DNA of 64,000 nucleotides from Marsupella aquatica. Lineage: Eukaryota > Plantae > Marchantiophyta. The position numbers were made by a program, and so were the translations under genes. The DNA is taken from positions 8,766,234 to 8,830,233 of the forward strand of contig OZ316894.1 in NCBI GenBank assembly GCA_973895155.1, in the 5' to 3' direction. This document shows positions 1 to 14,300 of this stretch, piece after piece; within the stretch, counting starts at the first letter, position 1; each line of letters opens with the position of its first letter. The notes below the pieces were generated by a model. That model worked only from the letters and a program-made list of their open reading frames with translations. It had not been told where the DNA came from and ran no database searches.

Positions 1-941
1 TTGTGTGCTTCAGAAGCTCTGTATCTTCCGCGGATTCCGTTCAGCTTCGAGCTTCGTTGATGACCGTTGATGACTTGATACCATCCAAGCACTAAGCACC
101 AAGCACTGAACTTTTGCATCTGTATGATTCCTCTCGTCGGTGCCAAATTAATTCTGTGCGGAAGTTTTTACGCTGCTGTCTCGGCCACTCGTAGGTTAAA
201 GCAGTCGAATTAAATATGTTGAATTTGTTTCCATCCGTATCCCGTTGTTTCGTGCGAGGTCCGGGTCGGACGAGCCGTCACGAAACATTACGAGATGGAA
301 TTTGTCCTCTTTGGTCTTAACTGATAGGTACCAGTACTTTGCAGTCTTGAGCTTGAAATCGGGACAATGGAGCTGGATCCTCTTGAGAATAGTTCAGTGA
401 GTCCAACACCTGGCTGAGACTGGCCAGTTTTGCCACTAGTCGCATTGCATCGTCAGCGATGGTCCTCGTTCGATCACTAGACTGCCGGTGGGCCTGAGCC
501 AACAGGATCTTCTATCGATGTTTGTTGTCCTTCGTTGACCAACTTGAATTTCCCTAAGAGAACTCTTCATTGAGTAGGCGGATCACCGTCCCCAGGTTGA
601 GGTGGCAGACTCTCTTCTGAAGATCCTTCACCAATTGCTGTACTTAACGTCGCTTGTGACCTCAGCTTGGAAGATCGACCAAACATTTATGCCCGCAAAA
701 GTTGTGGACGAATCAAATTGTGGTCGTGATTCTTGTAACGAACGGAACTGGTTGTTTTTCACTGCATATTCCGCTTCAAGTAAGTGGCTAAACGAAATCG
801 CTTTCCTTGTGCAGATTCCGCGAGACGGGAAAGTGCAACTTTGAGAAGATGATATAAAATATATTATTGAACTGAGTTTAGGTGAAAACGTGTCCTCGAT
901 TCGACCGGATTAAGAGCATTGGCAGGCGCAAGTATCGATCA

Positions 942-1445
942 ATGATGGTGTTGATGGGTACGCTGAATCCACCATCTTTCTCTCTTTGCAGCCCTTGCCA
1001 AGCCGTGGTGCAGCAGGATGCCCGTGCCATCAATCGGCGATTATGCGAGAACAGGTCGAAGCTTGGGGGAAGTGTTTATCTCCAACAAGTAATAACACTC
1101 AGCCAACAGGGTCGATCTTTGAATTCTTGGCAGACGCGAACAGAATGGCTGAGTCATAGGCCGAAGGGGTTGGGTCGGCAACACAGGTGGGAACTAGCAC
1201 GGTCTAGTGCGGATGAGAACGGCGACACAGACGAGTATCGGAATGAAACAGAGGAAGCTCAGAAAGAGCTGGAGGTTGTCGACTTAGTCACCTCGCAACC
1301 ATCAGTTGAAGCTTTAACTGAAATTGACAGTAGTATTACGGTTACGCGGTCATCATCGTCATCGCCGATTCGTAATCAACCACACAAATCTGGTACTCGA
1401 TTCCCGCAAACGATCACACCCATTCTAGAGCGGTGTCTAGTATAG
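942..1445 (+). CDS. Possible upstream exon (transit-peptide-like then acidic) of the membrane protein gene ending at 2631
   Basis: ATG at 942 within ORF 882..1445; S/R-rich N-terminus followed by an acidic stretch; the downstream conserved exon has no in-frame ATG ahead of its conserved part. Splice linkage not resolved. Confidence 0.3.
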   Translation: MMVLMGTLNPPSFSLCSPCQAVVQQDARAINRRLCENRSKLGGSVYLQQVITLSQQGRSLNSWQTRTEWLSHRPKGLGRQHRWELARSSADENGDTDEYRNETEEAQKELEVVDLVTSQPSVEALTEIDSSITVTRSSSSSPIRNQPHKSGTRFPQTITPILERCLV

Positions 1446-1960
1446 GATACAAAATTCATTGCTAATGCTCCTCTTGCCTGCAAACAAGTATTCATATGGC
1501 ATTCTCCTTCGTGAACTTCAGAGCTGCTACTTGTTTGACAATCTTTTCCTACTAGTTTCCGTCCAGACTGCGATTCATACCTGGCTTCAATTATCATTGT
1601 CTTGAAGTTAGTTTAAGGTCAAAGTCCTTCAATTCATGATGATCACATACTTTGGCAGCATACAGAATACGTATGTTGTAATGCTCTGTTGGCCTCTTCC
1701 ATTGGCGTTAAAGCTTCGTCATATTTACAAGCTTAACGAAATAGCCATCAACCAGTTTGCATTCGCTGAGGTGACTACGGACCAGGCCTGATCATGGATT
1801 CTCGGGTCCAGCGAACTTCGGCAGCTTCGGCACAGATCCTATACACCTCTGGAGATATCGTTGAACCCCAATTACATATTAATAATTCGATTAGATCAGA
1901 TCTAGAAGGTCTGCAGTGGTATAATTAACTGAGATTGCTCTTCTCCTGGACTTCCCTCAG

Positions 1961-2631
1961 GGCGCGGACGTGGAGGTGGAGGCGGATTGCAATGGGTTTT
2001 AGGGCCCCTTGCGCTCCTCATAACGGGGGCCCTTCCTGCGCTGTGGCTGCCATCGCCAGCGCTCTTCAGTGGCTCAGCCACTGCAGGCCTTCTAGCACTA
2101 ACGGGCCTCGATGCCGTATTTAACATGGGAGCCACTGCATTCCTCCTCATGGCAGACTACTCGGCCGGTGGCCAAAGCCAGGACGCAAGCTTGTCCAACG
2201 CGAGTATGATCCCTCTGGGCTACAAGGTGTGGAGCTTTCTAGTGAACCTCGTGGGACTGGCGGTTCCGGTTGCTCTAATGGTGGCGTCTTGGCGAGGAGT
2301 GCTCCAAGTCCAGCCCACTCTGCCGGTGCTGCCAGCAGCTGCGCTTCTAGGGCCTTACACCTTGCTGGTGGTGGTGCAGTGGCTGGCTGAGGCCTTGGTT
2401 TGGCAATGGCAGTCTCCCGTGTGGCCTGTGCTCCCGCTTGTGTACCAAGCTTACCGAGTGTTGCAACTCACCAGAGGCATTGAGCTGGGAGTGGCGTTAA
2501 ATGCTCCAGAGTGGCTTGTAAAAGCCGTCAAGGGGCTCGTTGCTTGGTGGGTGTTCGTCCTCGGCATGCAGATCATGTGGGTGGCCTGGCTGGTGGGAAC
2601 CATCCAAACACGTTACTCCAGATCTGGCTAG
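1961..2631 (+). CDS. Conserved plant multi-pass membrane protein (AT5G63040-like), terminal exon
   Basis: Motifs GLDAVFNMGATAFLLMAD, WQWQSPVW, YQAYRVLQLTRG and GLVAWWVFVLGMQ recalled from this family; in-frame stop at 1930 and candidate acceptor ccctcag ending at 1960 imply an upstream exon. Confidence 0.7.
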
Positions 2632-4405
2632 TCTCCATGCGGGTTTGCTCGAAAGAATTTACACTCCGTGGACTCGTGGAGGCCTGTTTCTCATTGAGGC
2701 TGCATCTGTCTTGTTCCTGGACACTGCAAAGCATGAGTACATTTTCGTCGGAGGACAGGACGATGCTGAACTACAGGGCTGATTCTCACCCATAGCTTTT
2801 AGGCGCGACTGTCGACGTAAGCGACTGCTCTTTGCAAAACTTAAGGAAGATGCACCCCATGGCGACAAGCTCCAAGGCTTACATCGCCAGAATAGCAGTT
2901 GCTGGTTTAGATTGGAGGCTTTCCAATCCAAGTATACGAATTCTCCTTGAAAGCAGGGTGTACAACTATTCGCGCAACTGGGATTTGAACAATTCAGTTC
3001 GGACCGCCTCTGTTCCCAAACTCGAGTAATATCTATTGGAGGTCAAATTTAAGTTGATGAGACATCAGCGCTCGCGGACTGACTACACCGAATTTGAAAA
3101 CCGTCAATCCTCATATCAGCGTAAATGTGACATGTCTTATTATTAGGCTATAGATGAACGTGTGCAGCATTCTGGTGAAACGTAAATGCACGAACAAGGT
3201 GAGGCCTTAATGTAAATATCGGAACATAACATAAATGTGTCATATTTTAGAGCAAGTGTACATAACGTACTGCAATACCTTCGACATAATTTGGTAGTAA
3301 GTTTTTACGGAAGTGCTGGTCATATCTAAATCCTACCCTTTGCAGACCGGAACCATTGTTTATGGACGACTAAGTACTAATCCTTGTCAGACCATATTTA
3401 TTCAGATCATAATTGCCATTGCCCAATGGGCACCCTACGACTGCTCAGTTCAAATAGGGAATCGGCCAATAAGCGGATGAAGTACTAATTGGGCATTGAG
3501 ATTACTCGCTGCACACAGCATAATTTGATTAGCTCCTTATGGAAAGGACTTATTTGGCGAGTGAGACTAGTTTCCTTAGATGTGACCACGAATCCGTACA
3601 TTGCTGTCAAAATATTCGTTAGTGCAAGCATGTCAAACCTGTGCTCCAGGGAGGAGAGAAACGAGTTTTCTGCAGGCTCTGCTCAACCCATATCATTCTC
3701 ATGACCAGGTAAAAAACAGGGAAGGTGTACATCGCATCGAAACATTAGGACAACTTCGCCCGTTACCGTCTCCAATCTAGAAAGACCATTCTGAAAGCTA
3801 ACAAACACCGAATTTAGGCAGCTGAATCTCCAATCCCGAATGTAGCATGTGATGATACCACCATTCCTCTTCTACCTTGCAGAAAAGTGGCATAAAGAAG
3901 CTGGCCGTCAAAAACAGAGGGGCCGCTCTGTACTCCAATACTACCCTTAGTGGCAGAGTATTAATGCAATTCTGGTAGTTGCGCTCTGGCTCAACGTTGT
4001 CACAGACATCCTGCATATACCTAATCACGTTCTTCAAGTCCGCAGGACCAGTCACACCAAGCAGACAACAAGAAACACAGTCAAGCACACGCTTGTGATG
4101 CTCCCATTCACTCCACTGAGCATAGAGAAGTGGAACAGACATGAATGAACTGCTCACCGGAGCTCTCATTCACACAAAATCAGGTCTCACCTCATCACGA
4201 GGGAGATATAGTAAGCTATCCACCTCTTCCCATGAACAACGCCATGAAGGGGCTTAGACCCAAAATTTGGGGAAAAGAATCAATACGTAAAAGGAATTCT
4301 GATTACCTGTTACAAGACAAAGATTACACTTAGCTTCTCTAATTTCACCATGGTGAAGAGCTAATTTGCAGCTGACCAAGACATTCTGCAAGCATAAATT
4401 CACTT

Positions 4406-7400
4406 CTACAAGAAGTATGGCACTCCCGCTCTGGGAGCCATCATGGCGTTATTCTCATCTGTTTCAGTGAAAAATTTTACATCCCTTTCCTGCGAAGCAA
4501 AAGAAACCAAAAATTAGAAACCACATATTTGTCCAACTTAAATAGGTCAGAAAGTTGTCTTCAGTGACAAATTAAGAGCAAAGCAGAACGGATTCGCACT
4601 ATTGCTCAAGGTAACATTGAGGTAATCATCACTTAATATATGCTAGTATCTTAAAAACGCAAACACACAAAGACAGATTAATGCTCCTCAGTGCTGTGAA
4701 CCTTCAAGAGGAAGAAAAGGGGAAGGAAAATGACTCTTCGACAAATTTCTATTGTATCCCTAACTTCACACTTCAAAATTACAATATAGTAAACAATCTA
4801 CAGTAGCAGTAATTGGAAATATAAAATGATCATGGCACAACATTACCATATTTTCATTGAAGCTTAATATAGATGCAACATTGCCGCATCGATAGCAATA
4901 ATTGGGAGCAGACCACACCTGGTGAGGGCCACCCATCATCATTAAGTCACGTCTTGTTCCAATTTTACATTTCCCAAATTACTTCACCGTGTATATAGTG
5001 GAGATCAGGGAGTCTGATAAGTTCACTAGTCAGTCTACAGTATTTCTCACTATTTAGCTTGACTGACAATTCTACAATCTCGGTAGTTTACAAATGCTTC
5101 CGATGCCCCCAACCTGATTGGGTTCCACCAGCCCTTAAAAATGCAGTCATTCTCACTCCAATGTGATACGTCTACCTTCTGAAGATGGTCAAACCAGGTA
5201 CAGAATAATAGGAGAGGAAACTCACAGTTACAAGCCCTTTGTCCGGGAACATGTACTTCAATCCCTCTTGAACAAGCTGGTGAGCTCTGCATACTAGCTC
5301 CAAGCCATTGATGTGGTTAAACTGCAAATATCCAACCCATAAATTCATGGTTATAAAAATTTCGTTGATCACTAATTCGACAATCCACTGACAAAGATCA
5401 CACGTCAAGCGATAAATTTGATAAATAATTGTAAAATTTGCAGTTCCAGTAACTCACCTCAGAAGTAACCCGTGCTCCAAAAAGCCATCCAGCACCCCGA
5501 GGGCTTACTGCCCAAGTCTCAATGTCTTCCGGATCACTCCACATCAAATCACAAAAAGGGCCTTCATGTGGTATTTCGCACTGTCGTTCTATCACTCTAA
5601 TCTGTTCAATGTACGCAGATATAAATTGACCAGTCAGTCCAAAAATATTCAGATGAAAATCTCAAGATACAGTGGCAACCTTCCTTTAAAAATTCCGGAA
5701 TCCTAGGTATCATACCTGATCCACTGCACGAATATCTGGGGAGAGTCCTCCATGTACACATAGAACCTGCAGTCAAAAGCAAACAGGCTTACATTTTGGA
5801 AGTGACTTGGCTTCACCATTGGCAAAAACTCTCTGGGAACAGACACATCTATGGAGAGGACCCCAGTATCTTCTTTAGTGCAGGGGAGTGATACTGACGC
5901 CAGCTCATGCATTATGCCCAAGCATACATCCCTGAGGCCCTTAGTTGGAATCATGCTCTTTGATAATATAAATTCAGGTCGAAGTCTGCCTACATGTCAG
6001 CGAGCAAAACTCCGATTCTATATAGAAAATTGCAGCAACATCATACTTACTTTTCCATCAATAATGGCTGACAATGTCAAATAATCGAAGACATCTGTGC
6101 AATACCGCCATGCATTTGGATTCCCATATTTTCTTTGACATTCATCATAGAATCCATACACCTGAGAAAACATACATGCATCATCCAATGTGAGGATGTG
6201 GCGGACAATATGGGGGCCTACGTTAACACAACGATCCGCTGACACAAAGGTGACAGCAACCACTTGCATAAGCCACGTAGAGCAGAAGTACAGCCGGATT
6301 CGTTTCGCAATAGTTGCATGGGGAAATACCAAGTCAAAGACCACACAATCAAACGAAACGAGAGTATTGGATGGGAAAGCATATACAGTACGGCATAAAT
6401 GACAGTATTCGTTACGGACAACCCAATCCACAAGAGAGAATTCATCACAGCAACCTTGTTACATTTCCGAACTGAGAGGTACCTGAGTAATTTGCCTGCT
6501 CTCGTGGTTTCCCCTTAAAAGCGTCATATGAGCCGGGTATCTGAAACAGCAGGTGTCATAGCAGCATTAGGGCACGTCCAGCTTAAATTGAATCGAGAAA
6601 TTAACACTCCGGTTTAATTTTCCAAACCCACCTCTGCTCGATAGACTGACAAACATTAAGATACCTGGATACGACTCAGTGGCCGAATTGTTTAACAAAT
6701 TATTACTTTTAGCTTCTGCTATTGAGCCATATGGAGGATGGAAAGTGAATCACCTTGCTTTCAGTAACAATAAAATGGTGAAAACTTCGAGACTGTTGTA
6801 ACCGCGGTCAACAAAATCACCCTGGTCAGCATTTAGTGAATAGTTAGCGAGCACATTTCTTCCCTAAACGCTACAAAACAGAACCTCAGTTGATTTTTGC
6901 TCTTACTCTTAACAATTCTATTTTACAACCCTAAAACTAGTATAAATAACCAATTGTAATATTTCTGAAAACCTCATTTAAACCCTTGCACCAATATTGC
7001 AAGAACTAACGAGGCAGCCCTTAAAAATGAGAAGACTTGTTTATTAACACGACGGTTTTCAGCATTTCAACGAAAAACTACAATGTTTCCAGGCAAGGTT
7101 CTAGCACAGTGACAATCTTTACCATAAAGATATAATTCGTGTGCGGCACATGACCTCCAGTTTGAAATAGCTTCATCAAGTCATGAAATTGACCGTGGAT
7201 ATCACCACAAACGGTCACTGGGCTGTTCACAGGCTGTACATTTGATTCTTCTACTAATATTTCTTTAACCTGAACAAGCACGTTCAAAACCAATTAGACA
7301 AACCTCTGCGGCCCAGTCGGCACACACAGACTACATTTCAGACCAGGATAGTCGCAGATCCATAGTACGCATGTAGCTGCACACATCGATATAACGTCCT

Positions 7401-8076
7401 CCGCTATAACACAGCCGTCCCGGCAAAATGGGTCACATACTCCCTTCTTTCTTAATATCCTTTAGCTATAATAAAAATTGGATTTTTCTTAATTTTCTAA
7501 TTGCTATTTAAGGTCACCAAAAAAATATTCGACTCTGTCAAGCGAGGAGAAGCTGAATCATGTGACTGACGATCTCCTTGAAATTCAGGATTGAAGCAAT
7601 TGGCAACCATCGGAAGCTCACAAGAAGGAAGCTCAAAGCATCAGTGTAGCGAAGCCCTATCCATACTGGTAACGAATTACGGTACAAGACAAGGTTAGAA
7701 CGTCTAGATATTGTATTAAAATGTTACTATTGAGCAAAATCTTCACACAATCCAATGGGTCGTGAACATCTGCAAAAGCTGCTGCGCCCAAACCGGCTAA
7801 ACTAACTAAGTGAACTGCAACAGCCGTTTCGCGTCAAAAAGAACGAAGCACACAACAAGCAGACGATGAGAAAACTTAGGGTTACCACACAACACGATCA
7901 GTGCGGCATCATATCCGTCACTCTCCAAAAGAAACGCACAAATGCTCGAAAACAGGGTTAAACGAGGCAGCACGAAGTGCGGGCAGCAGCAGTACGTATT
8001 CACAGAGTTGCTTGAGCTCGTCCTCGGACAAATGATGGCCGCCCTTAACATTCTCGATCCACTGGTCCAAGTCCAT
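4406..8076 (-). CDS. FYPP: Serine/threonine protein phosphatase 6 catalytic subunit (phytochrome-associated FyPP type), 10 exons, 303 aa
   Basis: Exons 8076-7996, 7269-7123, 6821-6754, 6540-6483, 6161-6051, 5766-5716, 5601-5458, 5321-5226, 4918-4847, 4489-4406, all GT-AG, total 912 nt. MDLDQWI start, GDIHG, GDFVDRG, RGNHE, SAPNYC, C-terminal VPYFL. Confidence 0.97.
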
Positions 8077-8552
8077 TCTGCCGGCACCAGCCTCTCCTCA
8101 TACACACACTTCCACCCGATTGGATTCGAGCTCAGATCGATCCGCTATACACCAGCCACACGGGGACACCCACTCGCACTACGGAAACCTCAAAAAGCTC
8201 GCTCCCCTGAGAAGCACTCCTCCGCCAGAGCCTCAGCGCTCGAAACACCACCACCACCAACAAGCAAGATCGATCCACCGATGACCGATCGATGGATGGA
8301 TCCAACACCACGACACGATACTTGTGTCTCGCCGACGACGACAACGCTAAGACAGACGAGCAATACAGTCGTCCTCAGTCGAACGCAATGACCCAGGCCC
8401 GCCCCGCAGGACGTGACGGAAATCGATACCGCGGATAACGTGGCACCCAGGCGGACAGGCAGCGAGCGCTCCTTCTCCTCGTGTCTGTCTACTCCATAGT
8501 CTGTTGTGCTCTCGGCTCGGCTCGACTCTACTCGCACAAAAGCTGGATCGAT

Positions 8553-8576
8553 CGTTCGTTCGTTCGTTCGTTCGTT
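8553..8576. repeat. (CGTT)6 microsatellite upstream of PP6
   Basis: Read directly; (GCAA)n and CT/GA tracts follow at about 8660-8885. Confidence 0.85.
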
Positions 8577-9010
8577 GGTTGGTTCCTCCCTTGGTTCTAT
8601 CGGACTGATGGGTTCCGAATCACCACGGCAGGACGGGGCAGGGGCACCGACGATAGAGCAAAGCAAGCAAGCAAGCGATGAAATCGGCCACGCTACAGTA
8701 CTCGCTCGAATGCTCGTCTCCCGTCTTCTCCCGTCTTCTCCCGTTCCTGCCGGCTCTCCCTCTCCCTCTCCCTCCCCTCTCTCTCCCCCTCTCTCTCCCT
8801 CTCGTGTAATCGTATTGCTTTGTTTGGAATGCTACTCTGCGTTTCCTCTCCGCTGACGAGAGGGAGGGGAGGGAAGGGGAGGGGACTGTGGTCCCCGCTT
8901 GAGAGGCGGCAGACGAGGCTACCATGGTGGTAGCTTGATGAGGAGGAGGATAGCCAAGCTACCGTGGCAGCCTGGCTTTTAGGATTTTGGGGAGCAGTAC
9001 GTTATAGAGA

Positions 9011-9410
9011 AGTGGGTGGCACTCGTGATTCTTTTTCACCTAAGCAAAGACCTCTTCTGGGGGGCTTTGTGGGAGGAGGTGGCACTCGTGAATTTGTTTT
9101 TCACCAATGGAAAGACCTTTTGTGGGGGGGCTCACTGGGAGGAGGTAAGGAGGACGTGAGGAGGAGTTTACGAGAAGTGGGGGGCACTTGTGAGATGTTT
9201 TTCCACCCACACAAAGACTTTTTTTTAATGATTTTGGGGAGGCCGGGAGGAGGGCTTTACAAGACTTTGGGGGTGTGATTTGTATTCACCTAAGCAAAGC
9301 TCTTTTGGACTCTGGGAGGAGGTATGGAGGACATTACAAAGAAGTGGGAGGAACTTGTGACCTTTTTTTCAATCCAAGCAAAGCCTTGTTTCTAGGATTT
9401 TTGGGAGGAG
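9011..9410. repeat. Degenerate G-rich tandem repeat (about 5 units of 60-95 bp), probably TE-derived
   Basis: Recurring ggcactYgtga...ttttcacc..a.caaagac...gggaggag units. Confidence 0.6.
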
Positions 9411-9501
9411 AGAATAGGGAGATGATAATTGCCCCCACATGGTGTAAATCCACCCTAAGTCTGCAACTTCTTCCTTGGCCTAGCAGGCACTTTTTGTCAG
9501 A

Positions 9502-9640
9502 GTTGTGTAAGGTAACCCATCCCCAAGAGGGGGTAATGGGATGTAATCCCAGAGGACGCTGAGCCCGAGGGGATTACATCCATTATCCCCAAGTGGGGAT
9601 GAGTTACCCGACGTAAGGCCTGAGTGAATTTTTACACAAC
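9502..9640. repeat. Imperfect fold-back / inverted repeat
   Basis: ggtaacccatcccca (9511) pairs with tggggatgagttacc (to 9608); inner gggtaatgggatgtaatccc pairs with gggattacatccattatccc; outer gttgtgtaa pairs with ttacacaac. Confidence 0.7.
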
Positions 9641-10483
9641 ATTTAGTTCAGTTTGACACAGTTTGACACAGTAAATGTCTGATCCGTCACTGTCTGCCAC
9701 TTGCAGTTACCCTATTTCTCATTCAAATTTCATAAACCCCAGGCCAGGCTGGCCTAGGGGTGGCTTCACCTGGGGGTAATGCCTCATAACCTGGTACACA
9801 GATACAAAGAAAACAATTCACGAGGGGTTTACGCATGGATAGATGAGTACTAGCTGTTAAATCTGGTGACTAGCTCCTTCATCTTGGGGGGGTATTTTGG
9901 CCATTGTACTGCCATATATGTCATATTTTGATGGGTAGTTAGCGAGACCCTACCAAAAGTGCCACCTGCCCAAAATTCGAAAGGAAACCCTGGAGGGAGA
10001 CAGGAAATGGACCACTCCTAGAGTGATAGACTTCGGTTGCCTCACCCCCATTTCCACAATGGGGAAATGGAGTGAATGGAAAGATGATAAATGATGCTAC
10101 CCCAGAGTGGGAGGTTCTACCAATTTCCCTGTGCTTGCCCAACCTGGTAACACCTTTCGAGATGTGCAGCCAAAAATTCTGTCCATTGAAAAGTGAAGGG
10201 GCAGCCACAAGGGTGCAGCTTGGTTTGGGATCGTTCTCAGAGTCATCCCAAGTCCAGCGGGGCATACCAACAGGGGATACGGCTACCAAGGTATTATTAG
10301 CTTGAGAAGAGATCATGGTAGGTGGAACTGCAAAGGCTACCAGGTCAGGCATCCGAGCTATGGAAAAAGAGCTTGATGTACTTACTCGTGAAAATGTTGG
10401 GGCTAGCCAAGGAAGCAAGGTTTTGCTGCAAAACCTTGCCCGAGCCTTTGAATCCAAAACTACCTGCTATTTGGCTCTCGTCG

Positions 10484-10624
10484 ATCAGATCGCAATGGCC
10501 AGTTCTTAGTCTCCATATTTGTGTTGTATGTCCTGCAGTTAGCACCTTCCTTCACAGCATCAGATCGCAATGGCCAGTTCTTAGACTCCATATTTGTGTT
10601 GTGTGTCCTGCAGTTAGCACCTTC
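10484..10624. repeat. Tandem duplication, 75-bp period
   Basis: atcagatcgcaatggccagttcttag...cagttagcaccttc at 10484 and 10559. Confidence 0.9.
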
Positions 10625-11338
10625 ACCTCGGTCCAGCCTGGATCCACCAGGTTGCACCATTTGTAGGAGGCTTGTCCTGACATCATGCTGGAGGTTGGCA
10701 CAAGTAGACGAGGGCAGAAAGTGGATTGTGAAAAAGGGGGAAGTTTGGACAGTTTCCCCTTATACAGTGCTAGTAGTGGTTTAAGAGCCCAGAAATCAGT
10801 CAACGTGCGCATGACATCATCCTGTTCACTTTACATTACTTTAGATGCTACGGGACTTCTTTTCAAAGGACTAACCCTATGCTTCAAATTCACCCTTAAA
10901 TTATATCGACTGGAACTCGCCAAATCCAATACACTCCTTACAAGTGTGAATACCCCTGAAGCAATGCCGGAATTCCACATTGTGGAGAACATCATTCTTA
11001 CTACTCTTAGGCTTCAAAATTGACTACCAACATTTGCAGGGAGCACATGTGACATTTTCCATGCAAGACGAGATTTCTGGGGGAAAATATCCCTTCCTGA
11101 AGCCTACAGTGAAAATTACGAAACTGCCATCTACTGTAGTAGTTCAGAGGCCCCACCCTCAGAGCAATAAGCCGTTCAAGAGTAAAACCTCTTGAGATGA
11201 AGGTTGCGAGCACAACTTAGGCTCATACTTCAACGTTGCTTGCTGCACCCTTTCTACAGTCATCTTTTCCACGTCACAGTTTCAGAAGAAATTCGATAGA
11301 ACATAGCTTCATAGGGCTCCCGCGCTGTGGCTATATAC

Positions 11339-14300
11339 TTAGAGAGCTTGCTGAGCTCTCAGAAGAGCAACTATGGAACCTACTCCAGCACTTTTGAGAA
11401 ACTTGTGCTTCCTGTCCCGACCGGATTTTGGTTGATTTAGGAGTTTGCCACCTTCACTTCCAGCAGCAGCATTCGCCGGCTGCTCAGAAGGCGCTATTTC
11501 ACCTACCGAGGCATTGGCGACTACCACGTCTTTTTGGCAAAGTTCCGTCTTTTTCCTCTCTAACTCGTCTGATAAAAGAGCGTGCAAGGCAGATGCAAAA
11601 GCGGCTCCTTCTCCATCCTCCACACCTATATCACAATCATTTACCCATTGCTCAAACAAGTTGTAACAAAACAAATATTACGACTACCAGGTGATCCCAG
11701 GTACACTTGAATAGATACTTTCCTTGAGGGATCATGCACTAAAATTTTCCTTCAATCACTAAGAATGGTGTCAACAGATGAAAATGGGCTGAACAATGCC
11801 ATCCTATACACCAGAAAATATCAATCGCAAGGTTCCGTAGAAGGTGAGACAATCCCACACAATATAAAAAACAAAGAAATCATTGCTATATTAGAATTAA
11901 GAAAGGTCTGTACCTTGTTGCTCTCCAGAAGGAATGCTATCACCTATATCAGTGACGGGTTCACGATAAGGACTATCAGGTTGGTGAGCGACTGCAGTGG
12001 TCGGATCCAGTTCTGCATGAAGAAATAAACCCCTTGAGTTGATTCTTCTCCATCTACTCTAATTAGGTTGCGCAAAATCTGTCAGAAAAGCAGCACTAGG
12101 TGGTCTATATGCACAAGATCGATGAGAATGTGTTGGTCAGTACCTGTTCCCATCACTACACTTGTACAAGGACCCACTTCATGGTTCTCAGTAGGCACTC
12201 TCTGCATTAGCCGGACTTCCACGAGGGAAGAAAACTCAGTCTGCAATGCGAGCAAATGCATCACTTAGCCAAACATAAATAAAGAAATCACTCAACCACA
12301 GACTTTTCGTTAGCTCTTCCACAAATAAGCTGAATTTATCCGGGTATGTCACCTGTAAGATAATCAGGGGGCAGCTCTCATCAAATGACAGTCCGGGTAT
12401 CTCGAGTTACACTCAACAAGCGGCATCCAGCTCATTTGAGTGTCATTAATCTCAACTTTCACAACAAAGTCGAATCTAGGAATCGTGGTTTTGTGCTGTT
12501 AGCCCAAGGGAGGTAACACAGGCAGGTTCCAAACAGTAAAGATAAGTGAAGTAGCTTAATGTCAAACTAAGCCTAATGTCATAGTACGCAATTGTCATCC
12601 CCTCCGAGCTTAAGTTCATTGTGGAAGACTTCTAAATCACATGAGTAGCAAACAAATGTAGCTCACCTCAAGCACTCCATTTTCATCATATGGACCAACT
12701 ACTTGCATCTCTTCCACACTCCAAAGCTCTTCTTCATCCTCTGAAGAAGCCTTTTTTCCAAGACGTGGATAGTCTGGGTGTGGGTCCACCTTGATCATAT
12801 TAGTGGCATTGTCCCATAAGGCAACTATACCGACCTACATACACCGCGTTATAGTGGTGTTAAGTCGAGACAGTCAATGAACATACTCTGAAACTATTCA
12901 AATACATTCCAATTGATTTAAGTGAACATTTCGTTTAGAACTGAGATGATATTCAACAGTCGTCTAGATTTTCAGATAAGCAGTAGAGGCTGAACTCCAA
13001 ATTCTGGAGCTCAGAAACAGTCTTACTCGGTAAGGCGAGATTTCCGGGGTCCATGATGCAGTTAGCTCCACTAGACGATAGGCCAACACATCACCTTCCT
13101 GAAGTGCAAGTGAACCACAGATTAGCCTGTACTTCCTACAGCAAACCTGTGCCACGGGCTGAGGGTAAATTCCTACATCGATAACAAAAGACATCGCTGT
13201 CCATGATTTGCATCTGCAATAGCTCCTCAGATTTTCCATCAAACGCCAAATCATCCTGCCCACAAATTTGTGCTTTAAGAATGTAGTAATAGACAGTGCC
13301 TCAATTAATAAGCTTTAATGAAGACGCACAGCTAATCCAATCCAAATATACCGTTAGATACAGATACAAGATGTCCTGTACATATGTCGAGAGTAAACCT
13401 GTGGGGAACCATCAAGGGCTGGATGCCTTTCAGGGTCTATTTGATGATCACTTCTTTTGTTGAGCTTTTCATCACCCAACTCTTCAGGAGTTTGAAATAA
13501 GTCGGCGTCAGTTTGAAATCTTTTGCCCTTGTAATTCTCCGTGCTCTTCTCCTGTCCCCAATTTTGGCCTTGTCTCTTAGTCTTCACCTGGTCCCCAAAT
13601 AGGAGCGCAGGCTGCGGGACATCAGTGTGCCAAATACCACATTTCATCACAATCTTCATAATTTGAAATTATTCCATGAATCTTAAGATAAGTGCCAATC
13701 ATTTCGTGAGGCGTTTTAAGCGAACATATTCATCTCAATAATTCAAGCCGTATCCACTCCTGAAGTCTAAATCAAACAGAATGCTTTGGACTTTAACTAT
13801 GCCCAAGAGAGTAAAAAAAGTAAGCAATGACAACCGTTCATGCTTCAGTTCAACGTTCATCTCAAATGTAACAACTTTACACCTTTAAAATCAGACAAGC
13901 CCTGGCATAAGATTGCGGAGAAGGACTTGCACGAGACGGATCAGTCCTTCCACCAAAATTCAAGAAGTAACTTATGAAATATGACATCCATCTCAGCTTG
14001 TGCATTTATCCACAGCAATCATGACACAGTTTTGCTATGGAACCCGTTTCTATCTCCCATCCTAATTGCTTCAAAGTAAAAGTCTTACCACGGAGAGACG
14101 AGATTGATCTTGTCTTTCACCTGCGAGTAAGAACGGAACGGCATTTCTTAGATCTCCAAAAATAATCATTTGGCCATCAAAGAAAACTCTGATATGGCTG
14201 TGAATTAGGATATGTAAGGGGAAGACAGTAAAGATGGCCATACCTATGTCATAAGGTTCAAAACGAATATGACCCGCACGGACAACTACAGGCAGCACTT

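Noticed and set aside
7806-8925. Multiple ORFs around the PP6 start
   Set aside because: Alternative or antisense frames over exon 1, the UTR and microsatellite-rich promoter.
9939-11213. Cluster of overlapping ORFs downstream of coilin
   Set aside because: No recognisable domain or consistent frame; only the 75-bp duplication is supportable.
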